From an uncultured Chloroflexia bacterium (GTDB lineage: Bacteria > Chloroflexota > Limnocylindria > Limnocylindrales > CSP1-4), in the NCBI GenBank assembly GCA_963754485.1, contig CAVWFY010000006.1:83205-147204 (forward strand): 64,000 nt of DNA, given 5' to 3'. The translations under genes were made by a program, and so were the position numbers. This document shows, one piece after another, positions 1 through 9,833 of the stretch (positions are counted from its first letter, which is position 1; every line of letters begins with the position of its first letter). The notes under the pieces are model-generated. The model saw nothing but the letters and a program-made list of their open reading frames with translations. It ran no database searches and was not told where the DNA came from.

Positions 1-92
1 TTCGAATCCGGCTGGGGGTACCACCGCAGCCTGTTGCGAAGCTCGGCCGCTCGCGGCCGACGCCCAACCTGCGGCTGGGGCATCCTGACGCC

Positions 93-1049
93 ATGACCCT
101 CGTCGCGCTCTCCCCTGCCCACGTGCTGCCGGCCGCAGAGCTCGTCGCGATCGGCGTCGCGCGGTTGCGCCGGCGCGTCCCTGCGCTCCCGGAGGCATGG
201 ACCGAACCTGGACACGTGGCCAAGGTGGTGGCCGGTCTCGCGGACCGGGGCGCCGGGCTGGTGGCGCTGGACGACGGCGACCTGGTCGCGTTCAAGGCCG
301 CGATCCTGCTGGACGGACGCGGCGGCCGGTTCGCCTACACCCCGGACGTGGGCCACGCCGCGCCACCCGATCCGGCCGGACGTGTCCGCATACGCCTGTA
401 CGCCGAGCTTGCGGACGGGTGGATCCGCGGCGCCTGCGTGGAGCACGTGGTCACCGTCCTGGCCGACGACGACGTCGCGCTCGCCACGTATGTCCGCCTG
501 GGCTTCGGGCACCACGTCGTGGACCTCGTGGCGGACCTGCGCCCCATCGAGGCCGGCCCGCTGCCCGAGGGCGTGACGATCCGGCGTGCCCTCCCCGCCG
601 ACGCGGGTCGCGTCGTGGATCTCGATGCGGGACTGCGCCGCCACCTCGAGGCGTCGCCCGTGTTCCTGCGCCTCGGGCCGCAGTCGCCGCCCGAGGTCCA
701 CCGCCGGCGCCTGGAGGACGCTGCCGCCGCCACCTTCGTCGCGGAGCGTGACGGGGCGCTCATGGCGTTCCTGCGCATCGGGCCGTGCGCCACCGACGTC
801 GCGACGATCGTGCGCGACACGGGCACTGCGAGCGTCACCGCCGCCTTCACCCGCCCGGAGGTTCGCGGCTCCGAGGTTGCGTCGCACCTGCTGGCCGCCG
901 CGGTCGACTGGGCCCATGACGACGGGTATGAGCGCTGGGCCGTGGACCACGAGTCCGCGAACGGCGAGGCCGCCCGCTTCTGGGCCCGCCACGCCACCCC
1001 GGTCGCGATCTCGCTGAGCCGCCGGCTGGCCCCTGGCACGGTGCCCTGA
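93..1049 (+). CDS. GNAT-family acetyltransferase (tandem GNAT-like domains)
   Basis: 318 aa ORF; C-terminal AFTRPEVRGSEVASHLL resembles the acetyl-CoA motif A; NGEAARFW tail. Confidence 0.75.
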   Translation: MTLVALSPAHVLPAAELVAIGVARLRRRVPALPEAWTEPGHVAKVVAGLADRGAGLVALDDGDLVAFKAAILLDGRGGRFAYTPDVGHAAPPDPAGRVRIRLYAELADGWIRGACVEHVVTVLADDDVALATYVRLGFGHHVVDLVADLRPIEAGPLPEGVTIRRALPADAGRVVDLDAGLRRHLEASPVFLRLGPQSPPEVHRRRLEDAAAATFVAERDGALMAFLRIGPCATDVATIVRDTGTASVTAAFTRPEVRGSEVASHLLAAAVDWAHDDGYERWAVDHESANGEAARFWARHATPVAISLSRRLAPGTVP

Positions 1050-1100
1050 GCACTCCTTGACCGTGTCTGCGATCGCGGCCCCCTGCTATCCTCCGGGGCG

Positions 1101-1454
1101 ATGGAGATCATGGGCGTGACGATCCGCACCATCGTCAACGACAACGTCGCGATCCGTTGTGACGGCTGCCGGGAGGTGATCCCGGACACGCCGTGGCGGG
1201 TGAACCTGCTCGACATCGTCGCCCCCGAGGTAGCGGTGGGCTGGACCGAATCCACGCCGGTCAACCCCGGTCCGCACCAGTTCCACTCCGACCCGGCGTG
1301 TGTGCGCCGCTGGATGGGGGAGCACGGCTACCGGTTCTGCCGTCGAGGTGAGGTGCGCGAGATCATGCGCCCGGTCGCGCTGCCCACGGACCCGCTGTCC
1401 TGGGGTCTGTGCGACGGCCTGCACCGCGACGACCACGAGTTCGTCCCGGCCTGA
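1101..1454 (+). CDS. Small Cys/His-rich hypothetical protein (possible metal binding)
   Basis: CDGC, HxxxxC and CDGLH motifs; TATCCT -10-like box 8 nt before ATG. Confidence 0.7.
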   Translation: MEIMGVTIRTIVNDNVAIRCDGCREVIPDTPWRVNLLDIVAPEVAVGWTESTPVNPGPHQFHSDPACVRRWMGEHGYRFCRRGEVREIMRPVALPTDPLSWGLCDGLHRDDHEFVPA

Positions 1455-1500
1455 CATCCGGCGCCGAGATCGTCCGGCGCCCGGATCGTCCGGCGCGCCG
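1455..1500. repeat. About 16 bp imperfect tandem repeat (GATCGTCCGGCGC twice plus a partial copy)
   Basis: Read directly in the intergenic DNA just upstream of the TTGACG -35 box. Confidence 0.6.
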
Positions 1501-1501
1501 G

Positions 1502-1531
1502 TTGACGCCCCACCCGGACCCGGCCTACACT
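1502..1531 (+). promoter_or_regulatory. Sigma70-type promoter for the HTH/membrane-protein operon
   Basis: TTGACG(1502-1507)-18 bp-TACACT(1526-1531). Confidence 0.6.
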
Positions 1532-1561
1532 CGCGCCTCCGATCGATCTCGCGAACCCAGT

Positions 1562-1574
1562 TTTGCCCAGAATC
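1562..1574 (+). promoter_or_regulatory. Candidate operator TTTGCCCAGAATC (copy 1)
   Basis: Identical 13-mer at 40761-40773; CCCAG recurs at a 10 bp period here (1556, 1566). Confidence 0.5.
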
Positions 1575-1613
1575 CAAGGCCTCCCACCGGCCCGGATCTG
1601 CAGTGGAGAACCA

Positions 1614-2392
1614 GTGTCCGATTCCCGGCCGCCCGCGACCGGCCGCCCGCAGACCGACCCCCGCCCGAGCGGCTTGCGCTCGGCGAGGCCAGCCGCCTCC
1701 TGGGCGTCGACCCCGACACCCTGCGTCGCTGGGCCGACGAGGGCCGGGTTCCCGCGTTCACCACGCCTGGCGGCCACCGCCGGTTCGAGCGGCGCGCGCT
1801 GGAGCGGCTCATCGCCGCCCGACGCACCGGCCCCGCAGGCAGCCTCGCGGGCCTCGGCGCGAGCCAGGACCGCCTCTCGGCGGCCTACCGCCGCCGTTAC
1901 GGCGAGCACCACGGCGGCAAGCTCGACCCGCGCGCGACGGTCCCGGCCTCGGAGCGCGAGACGTACCGCGAGCTGGGTCGCAGCCTGGTGGACGCGCTGG
2001 TCCGGCATCTCGATGAGACTGGTCCCCGGCGCGCCCTGGCCGAGCGTGAGGCCGTGGACCTTGCGGCACGCCTGGGCGAGCGCCTCGCGGTCCACGGGGT
2101 CCCGCTCGCGGACGGCGTCTCGATGTTCGTGTCCGCTCGACGTCCGTTCCTCGCCGAGCTGAGCGTCGTCGCCCGCCGACGAGGCGTGGAAGGGGCACGG
2201 ATCGGCGAGCTCTACGACACCTCCACGGGCCTCCTGGACCGGCTGCTCCTGGCCTTTGTCGCCGCCCACGAGGGCGCGACCCAGGAGCTCGCCAGCGCGG
2301 ACGTCCGGGCGCGGCGCGTCGGGGGCGCAGACGCCGGTGACGAGCCAGCCGCAGGTGCTGATGCGTCCGTCGATGCCCGGCCCGGGACCTGA
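1614..2392 (+). CDS. MerR/BldC-like HTH regulator with C-terminal all-helical (globin/RsbRD_N-like) domain; probable frameshift near 1660
   Basis: LGEASRLLGVDPDTLRRWADEGRVPAFTTPGGHRRF; GGAG RBS and GTG at 1614 are out of frame with the HTH across a C-run. Confidence 0.75.
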
Positions 2393-2396
2393 CGCC

Positions 2397-3488
2397 ATGC
2401 CCGCCCTGCTGCCGGCCGTCACCTCGCTGCTGGCGTTCCTGTTCGCGTTGATGCTGCTGGACCAGTGGCGCGAGCGGCGCCACGGCTTCCAGCTGGTCTG
2501 GGCGCTGGGGATGACGTGGTTTGCGATCGGCACGGGCGCCGAGGCGCTCGCTGCGACCGGCGGCTGGAACGAGACGCTCTACCGGATCTGGTACCTGACC
2601 GGTGCCGTGTGGACGGCGGCGTGGCTGGGCCTCGGCACCGCCTACCTGCTGGGTCGGACGCGGTTCGGCTACACGTATGCGGTCCTCCTCCTCCTGTCGG
2701 GGCTGGTTGCCCTGATGATCAGGAACAACCCCGCCTACGCTGGCGCCGGGCCGTTGCCGCTGCTGTATCTCATCGGCACCGTGATCCTGGCCTTGGCCAT
2801 CGGGGTGGAGACCTACTTCGGCAATGACACCTGGCCGCGCTTCGCGGCGGGCGCGATCGTGGGGGTGACGCTGCTCTCGATCGTCCTGATGGTCCTCACG
2901 CCGCCGCTGCCGGCACCTGGGTACGCGCTGAGCCCGCAGACCGGGCAGCCCGTGGGTGACGCGATGCCGGGCTACCTGCGCCTGCTGACCCCTGTCATGA
3001 ACATCCCCGGCGCGCTGGCGCTGCTCCTGGGCGCCGTGTTCTCGGCGTACGTGTTCATGCCCAAGAAGCGGGTGCTGGACTACTCGCTTGACCCGAACCA
3101 GCCGGGCGACCAGTTCCTGTTCAACCTGTGCATCGCCCCCGTGGCGATCGTGGTCAACCTGGTCGCGTCGCTGCCCGGCGCGGCTCGCGACCTGGCGGCC
3201 GGCCGGCTGCACTCGCGGGTCCCGGCGACCATCCTGATCGCGATCGGCGCGTTCTTTCCGACCATCACGGACTCCCTGAACCGCGCGGGCTCCACGGAGC
3301 TGTTCCAGCTGGGCAAGTTCCTGGGCGTAGTGTTCCTGTTCGCCGGGTTCCTCGTCTCGTCCGAGGTGTTCCGCGAGATCCGCATCCCGTTCACGCACAT
3401 CCGCCTCGCGACGCGCCGCCGGGAACGCGCCCACAGGCGGGACCAGGCGGCGGGTGAGGCCCACGAGGCGCCGGCGCCCCAGTCCTGA
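2397..3488 (+). CDS. Uncharacterised polytopic membrane protein (paralogue A)
   Basis: Many hydrophobic segments; ATG 4 nt after the HTH stop; clearly homologous to 39627-40661. Confidence 0.8.
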   Translation: MPALLPAVTSLLAFLFALMLLDQWRERRHGFQLVWALGMTWFAIGTGAEALAATGGWNETLYRIWYLTGAVWTAAWLGLGTAYLLGRTRFGYTYAVLLLLSGLVALMIRNNPAYAGAGPLPLLYLIGTVILALAIGVETYFGNDTWPRFAAGAIVGVTLLSIVLMVLTPPLPAPGYALSPQTGQPVGDAMPGYLRLLTPVMNIPGALALLLGAVFSAYVFMPKKRVLDYSLDPNQPGDQFLFNLCIAPVAIVVNLVASLPGAARDLAAGRLHSRVPATILIAIGAFFPTITDSLNRAGSTELFQLGKFLGVVFLFAGFLVSSEVFREIRIPFTHIRLATRRRERAHRRDQAAGEAHEAPAPQS

Positions 3489-3523
3489 GGCCCACGAGGC
3501 GCAGGAAACGCAGTCCTGAGGCC
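3455..3523. repeat. 31 bp-period tandem repeat (about 2.2 copies) spanning the stop codon
   Basis: TGAGGCCCACGAGGCGC at 3455 and 3486, TGAGGCC at 3517; CAGTCC precedes copies 2 and 3. Confidence 0.75.
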
Positions 3524-3555
3524 GCCCGGCGGTCGCCACCGCTATGCTCGTGCTG

Positions 3556-4368
3556 ATGAACGCCCCGCCCACGCGTCCCTCCCCCGCGGACACGGCTCCA
3601 CGGACCAGTCCGGACACCCGGCCGTGGATCACCCTGGGGCCCGTGGACGCCCCGGGGATCGTGTTCCTCCACGGCACCCGGCTGACGCGCGCCCAGTGGT
3701 GGCCCCAGCTCCGGAGGCTCAGGGGCGCCTACCGGTGCGTGGCCGTGGACCTGCCGGGACACGGCGTCCTCGCGGACCGCCCGTTCACCATCGAGGCGGC
3801 GACCGACCTGGTCCGGACGGCGATCGAGGCCGAGATCCCGTCGGGGCGTGCCGTCATCGTGGGCCTGTCGCTGGGCGGCTACGTGGCGATCGACACGGCC
3901 GAGGCGTATCCCGAGCGCGTCTCGGGCCTCGTGCTGGCGGGATGCTCCGGGGAGGCCTTCGGGCCGATGTCCTGGCCCTACCGCGGCTTCCGCGCGCTGC
4001 TCGAGCGCTTCCCCGACTGGGTCCAGGAGCCGGCGAACAGGGGGTTCTTCCGGCTGCGCTACGGGCGCCTGATCGCAGAGCCCATCATCGCCGGCGGCTT
4101 CTGGCCACGCGGCGGTGCAGCGGCGCTCGCCCTGCTCATCGGCCGCCGATACCTTGACCGCCTGGGGCGGCTGTGGACGCCCGTCCTCGTGGTCAACGGG
4201 TCACTCGACCCGGTGTTCGGGCCGGGAGGCGAGTACTGGGCGGCGTCCTGCCGGCGGGGTCGCCACGTTGTCATCCCGCGCGCCATGCACCTCTCGAACC
4301 TGGATCGCCCGGGCGCCTTCTCCCGCCTGGTCGCCGGGTTCGCGAGTCGGGCCGCACGCGGTCGCTGA
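3556..4368 (+). CDS. Alpha/beta fold hydrolase
   Basis: FLHG, VDLPGHG, GLSLGG nucleophile elbow, late His; TATGCT 7 nt before ATG 3556. Confidence 0.85.
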   Translation: MNAPPTRPSPADTAPRTSPDTRPWITLGPVDAPGIVFLHGTRLTRAQWWPQLRRLRGAYRCVAVDLPGHGVLADRPFTIEAATDLVRTAIEAEIPSGRAVIVGLSLGGYVAIDTAEAYPERVSGLVLAGCSGEAFGPMSWPYRGFRALLERFPDWVQEPANRGFFRLRYGRLIAEPIIAGGFWPRGGAAALALLIGRRYLDRLGRLWTPVLVVNGSLDPVFGPGGEYWAASCRRGRHVVIPRAMHLSNLDRPGAFSRLVAGFASRAARGR

Positions 4369-4454
4369 CGCTCAGCGGCCCAGCCCGCCCGCAGGGGTTG
4401 CGGAACGGTGACGGGTATACTGGGCGCCTCTCCACCTTCCGCCCGAGGCGTTCG

Positions 4455-5333
4455 ATGCGCGTCCGCAAAGCCGTCTTCCCGGCCGCCGGCTGGGGCACCC
4501 GTTTCCTGCCGGCCACCAAGGCCCAGCCGAAGGAGATGCTGCCCCTCGTCGACAAGCCCGTGATCCAGTACGCCGTCGAGGAGGCGGTGGCCGCCGGCAT
4601 CGAGCAGGTCATCATCGTCACGTCCTCCCAGAAGCGGGCCATCGAGGATCACTTCGACCTCAACTACGAGCTGGAGCACCTGCTCGAGGAGAAGGGCGAC
4701 ATCGAGAAGCTGCGCCAGGTCCGCCACATCAGCGACCTTGCGCAGATCGCCTACGTGCGCCAGAAGGAGCAGCTGGGGCTTGGGCATGCGGTGCTCATGG
4801 CCAAGGACCTCATCGGCCACGAGCCGTTCGCCGTCATCCTCCCCGACGACGTGCTGATCGCAGACCGGCCCGTGATCGGCCAGCTGATCCACGCCTATCA
4901 CCAGCACCACGGATCCGTCGTCGCGGTCGCCGAGGTCCCGGACGAGGAGACGAGCCGCTACGGGGTGATCGCGGGCGAGCACATGGACGAGGGCCAGGAC
5001 CGGGAGCGCACCTACCGCATGACCGGCATCGTGGAGAAGCCGGCGCCCGGAACCGCACCCTCGAACCTGGCGGTCATCGGCCGCTACGTGCTGACCCCCA
5101 AGATCTTCGACAAGCTGGAGCAGACGCAGCGCGGGGCCGGCGGTGAGATCCAGCTCACGGATGCCATCCAGGCGCTGATGGAGGAGCAGAGCGTCTTCGG
5201 CTACGCGTTCGAGGGCACCCGCTACGACGCAGGCACCACGATGGGCTGGCTCCGCGCGTCGGTGGAGCTGGCGCTCGCCCGGCCGGAGTTCGGGAGCGAG
5301 TTCCGCGCCTACCTTCGCTCGCTGGACATCTGA
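4455..5333 (+). CDS. galU: UTP--glucose-1-phosphate uridylyltransferase
   Basis: KAVFPAAGWGTRFLPATKAQPKEMLP, GLGHAV, VEKP, GEIQLTDA. Confidence 0.95.
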   Translation: MRVRKAVFPAAGWGTRFLPATKAQPKEMLPLVDKPVIQYAVEEAVAAGIEQVIIVTSSQKRAIEDHFDLNYELEHLLEEKGDIEKLRQVRHISDLAQIAYVRQKEQLGLGHAVLMAKDLIGHEPFAVILPDDVLIADRPVIGQLIHAYHQHHGSVVAVAEVPDEETSRYGVIAGEHMDEGQDRERTYRMTGIVEKPAPGTAPSNLAVIGRYVLTPKIFDKLEQTQRGAGGEIQLTDAIQALMEEQSVFGYAFEGTRYDAGTTMGWLRASVELALARPEFGSEFRAYLRSLDI

Positions 5334-5400
5334 CCCCGGCTGCCGATCGGAGTCCGTGCGGTAGGATGCGCCGTGGCGCGCCATCGGGCGCACGGCACAG

Positions 5401-7314
5401 ATGGGAGACAGGCAGACGGTGACCGAGATCGGGAGCGTGCTGGGCGGGCGGTATCGCCTCGTCGAGCTCCTTGGGCAGGGTGGCATGGCCACGATCTACC
5501 GGGCGCGCGACGCCCAGCTGGATCGCGACGTCGCCGTGAAGCTGCTGCGACCCGAATTCGGGCGCGACCCGGACTTCCTTGCGCGGTTCCGCGACGAGGC
5601 CAAGGCCGCCGCCTCGCTGAGCCATCCGAACATCGTGGCGGTGTTCGACTTCGGCGAGGAGCAGTCCGACCCGTACATCGTGATGGAGCTGATCGACGGG
5701 CAGGACCTGTCCTCGATCCTCCGCGAGAACGGGCCGCTCCCGCCGCGGCAGGCCGCCCGTGTTGCCGCCGAGGTGGCCAAGGCGCTCCAGGCCGCCCACG
5801 TGCGCGGGATCGTCCACCGTGACGTCAAGCCCTCGAACATCCTCGTCGGCCGCGACGGTCGCGTGAAGGTCGCCGACTTCGGCATTGCCCGCGCACTCGA
5901 CGATTCGCAGCTGACGCTGCCGGGCGTGACGATGGGTTCTGTCCACTACTTCAGTCCCGAGCAGGCGCGCGGCGAGCCCGCGACCCAGGCGTCGGACATC
6001 TACTCGCTGGGCATCGTCGTGTACGAGTCGCTCACCGGGAAGCGGCCGTTCTCCGGTGACGGCGCCGCCGCCGTGGCGCTCGCCCGCCTGACCACGACGC
6101 CCCCGCGCCCGTCGGCGATCCGGCCCGGTGTGCCTGCTGCGCTCGACCAGATCGTCCAGCGCGCGATGGCGCTCGATCCGGCCGCACGCTATGCCTCCGC
6201 CGCGTCGATGGCCAGTGCGCTCGAGGGCTGGCTTGCCGACCCCGCCACGCCGGGTACGGCAGCCGTCGCGGGCGCCGCCGTCGGTGCGGCCGGTGCCGCG
6301 GCCACCGTCGCCAGCGCCCAAGCGCGCCCGAACCCCGTCCCGTACCCGCCCGACGCCTATGCGCGCTCGACGCCGCCGGCGGCCCCCGTGACCACGAGCG
6401 GCGCGCCGCCTCCGCCCCCGGCCGCCGATGGCGTGGGTGAGGACGACGGGGGCGGCTCGAGCCCCTGGGGCTGGGTCGCCGGCCTTCTCGGGATCGGCAT
6501 CCTGGCCATCGTGGGTTTCCTCGTGTTCCGCATGCTCACGGGCGGTGGCGGCGAGGAGCCCTCCGCCTCCCCGAGCGAGTCCGCCTCCGGGGCAACGGTC
6601 GAGGTGCCCCGGCTCATCGACATGACGGTCACCGATGCCCAGGCAGCGGCCGATGAGGCCGGCCTGGTCCTCAGGATCACGGGCGAGGAGCGCAGCGACA
6701 TTGAACCGGGCATCGTCCTGGCGCAAGACCCCGGGGAGGGCCAGACCGTCGCCGGTGGCTCCGAGGTCGCCATCACGGTCTCTATCGCCAAGGGCCTCGT
6801 CACGGTGCCGGACATCCGGAACCTCCCTCGCAACCAGGCGGTCCAGCTGATCGCCAGCGAGGACCTGACCGTCGGGACCGAGACGAGCGACTTCAGCCCG
6901 ACCGTGCCCGCCGGCGCCGTGATCTCGCAGAGCCCCAGCCCCGGCATCGCGGTGGCGCCCAAGACGCCGGTGGACTATGTCCTGTCCGACGGCCCCGAGC
7001 CGACACCCAGCCCCACGCCGACCCCGGCGCCCACGCCGACCCCCGCCCCCACGCCGGTTCCCACGCCCACGCCCACCCCGGCGCCCGTGAATGTCGGTGA
7101 TTACCGGTGCGTGACGGTCGAGGAGGCGACCACGAAGATCGACGAGGACGGGTTCACGCTCGGCATCGTGACCTCGTCGCCGGTCGGCATCGACCCGGTT
7201 CCGGGGACCTGGTACGTGATCCAGCAGGATCCAGCCCCGGGCAAGAAGATAGCCCCCGCCTCGGCGATCGACCTCGTCGCCCAGGAGATCGACCCGGCCC
7301 CGAACTGCCCGTAG
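5401..7314 (+). CDS. pknB: PASTA-domain Ser/Thr protein kinase (PknB/Stk1 type)
   Basis: LGQGGMA, VAVK, HRDVKPSN, DFG, SPEQ; one TM helix; about 3 PASTA repeats; Pro-Thr linker near 6995-7085. Confidence 0.9.
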   Translation: MGDRQTVTEIGSVLGGRYRLVELLGQGGMATIYRARDAQLDRDVAVKLLRPEFGRDPDFLARFRDEAKAAASLSHPNIVAVFDFGEEQSDPYIVMELIDGQDLSSILRENGPLPPRQAARVAAEVAKALQAAHVRGIVHRDVKPSNILVGRDGRVKVADFGIARALDDSQLTLPGVTMGSVHYFSPEQARGEPATQASDIYSLGIVVYESLTGKRPFSGDGAAAVALARLTTTPPRPSAIRPGVPAALDQIVQRAMALDPAARYASAASMASALEGWLADPATPGTAAVAGAAVGAAGAAATVASAQARPNPVPYPPDAYARSTPPAAPVTTSGAPPPPPAADGVGEDDGGGSSPWGWVAGLLGIGILAIVGFLVFRMLTGGGGEEPSASPSESASGATVEVPRLIDMTVTDAQAAADEAGLVLRITGEERSDIEPGIVLAQDPGEGQTVAGGSEVAITVSIAKGLVTVPDIRNLPRNQAVQLIASEDLTVGTETSDFSPTVPAGAVISQSPSPGIAVAPKTPVDYVLSDGPEPTPSPTPTPAPTPTPAPTPVPTPTPTPAPVNVGDYRCVTVEEATTKIDEDGFTLGIVTSSPVGIDPVPGTWYVIQQDPAPGKKIAPASAIDLVAQEIDPAPNCP

Positions 7315-7346
7315 GTCCTGGTGTCGTCCGGGGCTGGGAGTCCGGG

Positions 7347-7838
7347 CTAGAAGTCAGGCCAGGGCTCCGGATCGCCCCATAGCCACCACGTGCCCGGAAC
7401 CCGTCCGCCGGTGCCCGTCGCGGGCGAGATGGACGCCGCATGGGCCACCGCTGCGTCCGTCGTGGTCCCGGCCGGGGTCGATGCGTCGTCGCGCGTCATC
7501 GCCCTCGTCTCGGGCTCGACTGGAACAAACGTTCTGAGTTGACGCCCTGATCCGCTGCCCGCATGCGCCTCACGTTCGGACCGGCGACCCGGGCCGACGG
7601 CGATCAGGCGCCGCTCGTCGGGCTCCGCCGCCCGGGGCGCTGCGGTCCAGCAGGCACGCATCTCGGTCCCGTCAAGAGCCGCCCGCTTCGGATCGAGACC
7701 GCACAATCCCAGGCCGCCCGCTATCCCGCGCCGGAAGTGCCGGCAGGTCGCGCACGACGTGGTGGACCGCCGACAGACCCAGCAGCGGGACGACTCCGGC
7801 TGCGGAGAGGCGCAATGCGGGCAACGCCAGACCGGCAT
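7347..7838 (-). CDS. Cys-rich hypothetical protein (zinc ribbon plus second 4-Cys cluster)
   Basis: CPHC...CWVC...CATC-x13-C-x16-CW; TACGAT 7 nt before ATG. Confidence 0.7.
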   Translation of the reverse strand: MPVWRCPHCASPQPESSRCWVCRRSTTSCATCRHFRRGIAGGLGLCGLDPKRAALDGTEMRACWTAAPRAAEPDERRLIAVGPGRRSEREAHAGSGSGRQLRTFVPVEPETRAMTRDDASTPAGTTTDAAVAHAASISPATGTGGRVPGTWWLWGDPEPWPDF

Positions 7839-7897
7839 GGCCCGGATCGTAGCTGCGCTCGAGCCTGCTGTCGAGGCCAATCTGCGCGGACAACGAC

Positions 7898-9106
7898 CTA
7901 CTTGGTGATGGTCAGGACCTGGCGATCGGTGATTGTGCCGTCTCCGGATGTCACCAGGACCGTCGCGAGCCCGCCGCCTGGCGTCGCGCCCGCTGGGATC
8001 GTGGTGGTGAACGCCGCCACGCCGCTCTTGTTGGTCGCGACCTCGCCGGAGACGATCGCCTCGAGGCCCGGGACGCTGATCGTGAACAGGGCCGTCGCGC
8101 CGGCGACGCGCCGGCCGTCGGGGCCAGTGACGGCCACGGTGAGCGTGATGCTCTTGGGCAGCCTGGACGCCTTGTACCGGTAGGCCGAGCTCGTCAGGTT
8201 GGCGGTGAGACGGCCAGAGCCCTTCCGCACGTTGAGCGTCGCGCTGTTCTCGTTCCCCGCCGGGTCCGTGGCGATGACCGTGATGGTGTTGCTGCCGTCA
8301 GCGATCGCCAGGGTGGTCTCCCAGAGGTTGTCCTTGCCGGCCACCGTGGTGGCGATGGCGCCGTTGCTCGCGTTCTGGAGGCGGATCCCTGCGCCGGCCT
8401 GGGACTTGCCCTTGACGGTGATCACCGCCTTCTTGACCTGTGCGTTGTCCTTGGGCGAGATGACGCTCACCTTGGGCTTGGACTGGTCCAGCACCCACGT
8501 GGCGACCGGCGAACGTTCGCTCTCGCCAGCGGGGCCCATGATCGCGGCCTGCATGTCGTTGCGGCCGGCAGTGAGGCCGACTCCCGCGAGCACTTGGGCC
8601 GAGATGCCGCCCACCGGCTCCTCGACGACGAGCTGCGGGTCCTGATCCTTGAGCGTGACGTAGAGGCGGACCGTGTAGCCCTCGAGGCCCGTCACCGCCG
8701 GCGGGACGTTCACGGTGACGTCGACCTCGTCCTGGTTGGTGTACGGCTTCTCGGGGACCTCGATCGACGGGGCGTCGACCAGGTCGGGCGCGTCCGTGGG
8801 CTTGGGGCTGCCCGCAACCACCCCGACCTGCGTGACGAACCCCCCGAACCCCTTCACGACCGAGGAGATGAACGGTCCGACCTGGCCGCTGCCGACCCAC
8901 AGGATCGCGCCACCCAGCATCACGATCGACAGGGCGAGAAGGGCCTTCATGGCGAGTGGGAGCCCGCGCCGGCGCTCGATGCGGCGGTAGCCGCTCAGCC
9001 TGGTGGGCGATGGCGTCACCGGACGCGTGCGCACAGGCGCGGGCCGACCGGTGGAGGGTGGACGGGGCCTGACCTGCGACGGCCGGTCCCCGCGGCGGGG
9101 ATCCAT
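7898..9106 (-). CDS. Membrane-anchored protein with bacterial Ig-like domains
   Basis: Basic N-terminus, single TM, G-x-N-x-I-x-V-x-A-x-D-x-AGN Ig-like signature. Confidence 0.75.
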   Translation of the reverse strand: MDPRRGDRPSQVRPRPPSTGRPAPVRTRPVTPSPTRLSGYRRIERRRGLPLAMKALLALSIVMLGGAILWVGSGQVGPFISSVVKGFGGFVTQVGVVAGSPKPTDAPDLVDAPSIEVPEKPYTNQDEVDVTVNVPPAVTGLEGYTVRLYVTLKDQDPQLVVEEPVGGISAQVLAGVGLTAGRNDMQAAIMGPAGESERSPVATWVLDQSKPKVSVISPKDNAQVKKAVITVKGKSQAGAGIRLQNASNGAIATTVAGKDNLWETTLAIADGSNTITVIATDPAGNENSATLNVRKGSGRLTANLTSSAYRYKASRLPKSITLTVAVTGPDGRRVAGATALFTISVPGLEAIVSGEVATNKSGVAAFTTTIPAGATPGGGLATVLVTSGDGTITDRQVLTITK

Positions 9107-9461
9107 CGGGCTCGATTGTCGCACGAAGCGCGGCGGAGCCCCGCGCCGGGTCGACGCTTGGTCGACGCGCGAGGCGGAGGGGGATCGGCTCGGCCGGCGC
9201 TCCGGTGATACGCTGCGAGCGCGTCGCGGCCCGTTGCCCGGGGCCGCTGGAGGCGAGGGAGCAGTGGAAGCGCGGGACCGGAGACCTGTACGTCCGTCCC
9301 CGGGAGATCGCGGCTCATGGAGCCACGGACCGATCTCCCGCGTCAACCCGCGACCCGCGACCGGCGGCGACCCCGTTCAGGATGGGACCACGGTTCCGGG
9401 ACCGTACCAGCCCCTGCGCAGGCCGCTGCCGGCCGTCGCGCCGCCACGCTCGACCGTCCGC

Positions 9462-9833
9462 ATGGATCCGCGCCAGGTGATGGCCGGCTCTCCCGTCACG
9501 GCCCCGGTCCAGGGCCGGCCGTGGGTGACCCCGTACCCGCTGCGCCCGGGCGCCCCTGCCGGGCCGCGCGCCTCGATGCCGCCCGGGCGCGGCTTCGGCC
9601 TGCCCAGCCTGCGGCGCAACGTCTGCCCGCACTTCTACATGACCGGCACGCGTGGCGCGATCCCGATCCAGGCCCCGCACCTGCTCAAGGGCCTGCTTCG
9701 CCAGCCGAGCACCATCTCGCGCTGCCAGCTGCGCGGGGGGGTCCATCTCGACGAGGGCTTCGTCAACGATGTCTGCCTCACGCCGCGCTTCAACCAGTGC
9801 GTCTTCTACGAGGACGAGCTGACCCGCGAGTGA
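9462..9833 (+). CDS. Pro-rich/Cys-containing hypothetical protein coupled to folC (may start at 9317 across a frameshift)
   Basis: CPHF...C...C...CVFY; stop overlaps the folC GTG (GTGA). Confidence 0.6.
   Translation: MDPRQVMAGSPVTAPVQGRPWVTPYPLRPGAPAGPRASMPPGRGFGLPSLRRNVCPHFYMTGTRGAIPIQAPHLLKGLLRQPSTISRCQLRGGVHLDEGFVNDVCLTPRFNQCVFYEDELTRE

Noticed and set aside
1614-2392. HTH protein as CarH/LitR B12 photoreceptor
   Set aside because: The HTH is similar, but there is no W-x9-EH or E/DxHxxG cobalamin-binding Rossmann motif.
2397-3488. Membrane paralogues as rhodopsins or heliorhodopsins
   Set aside because: No recognisable RYxDW/RWxEY motif or conserved retinal-binding Lys; the Lys in QLGKF is Glu in the paralogue.
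3455-3523. Repeat-spacer-like pattern as a mini CRISPR array
   Set aside because: Only about 2 units, with short similar spacers, overlapping a coding end, and no cas genes.
6990-7085. Tandem CCSACS repeats
   Set aside because: Encode an ordinary Pro-Thr linker in the PASTA kinase.
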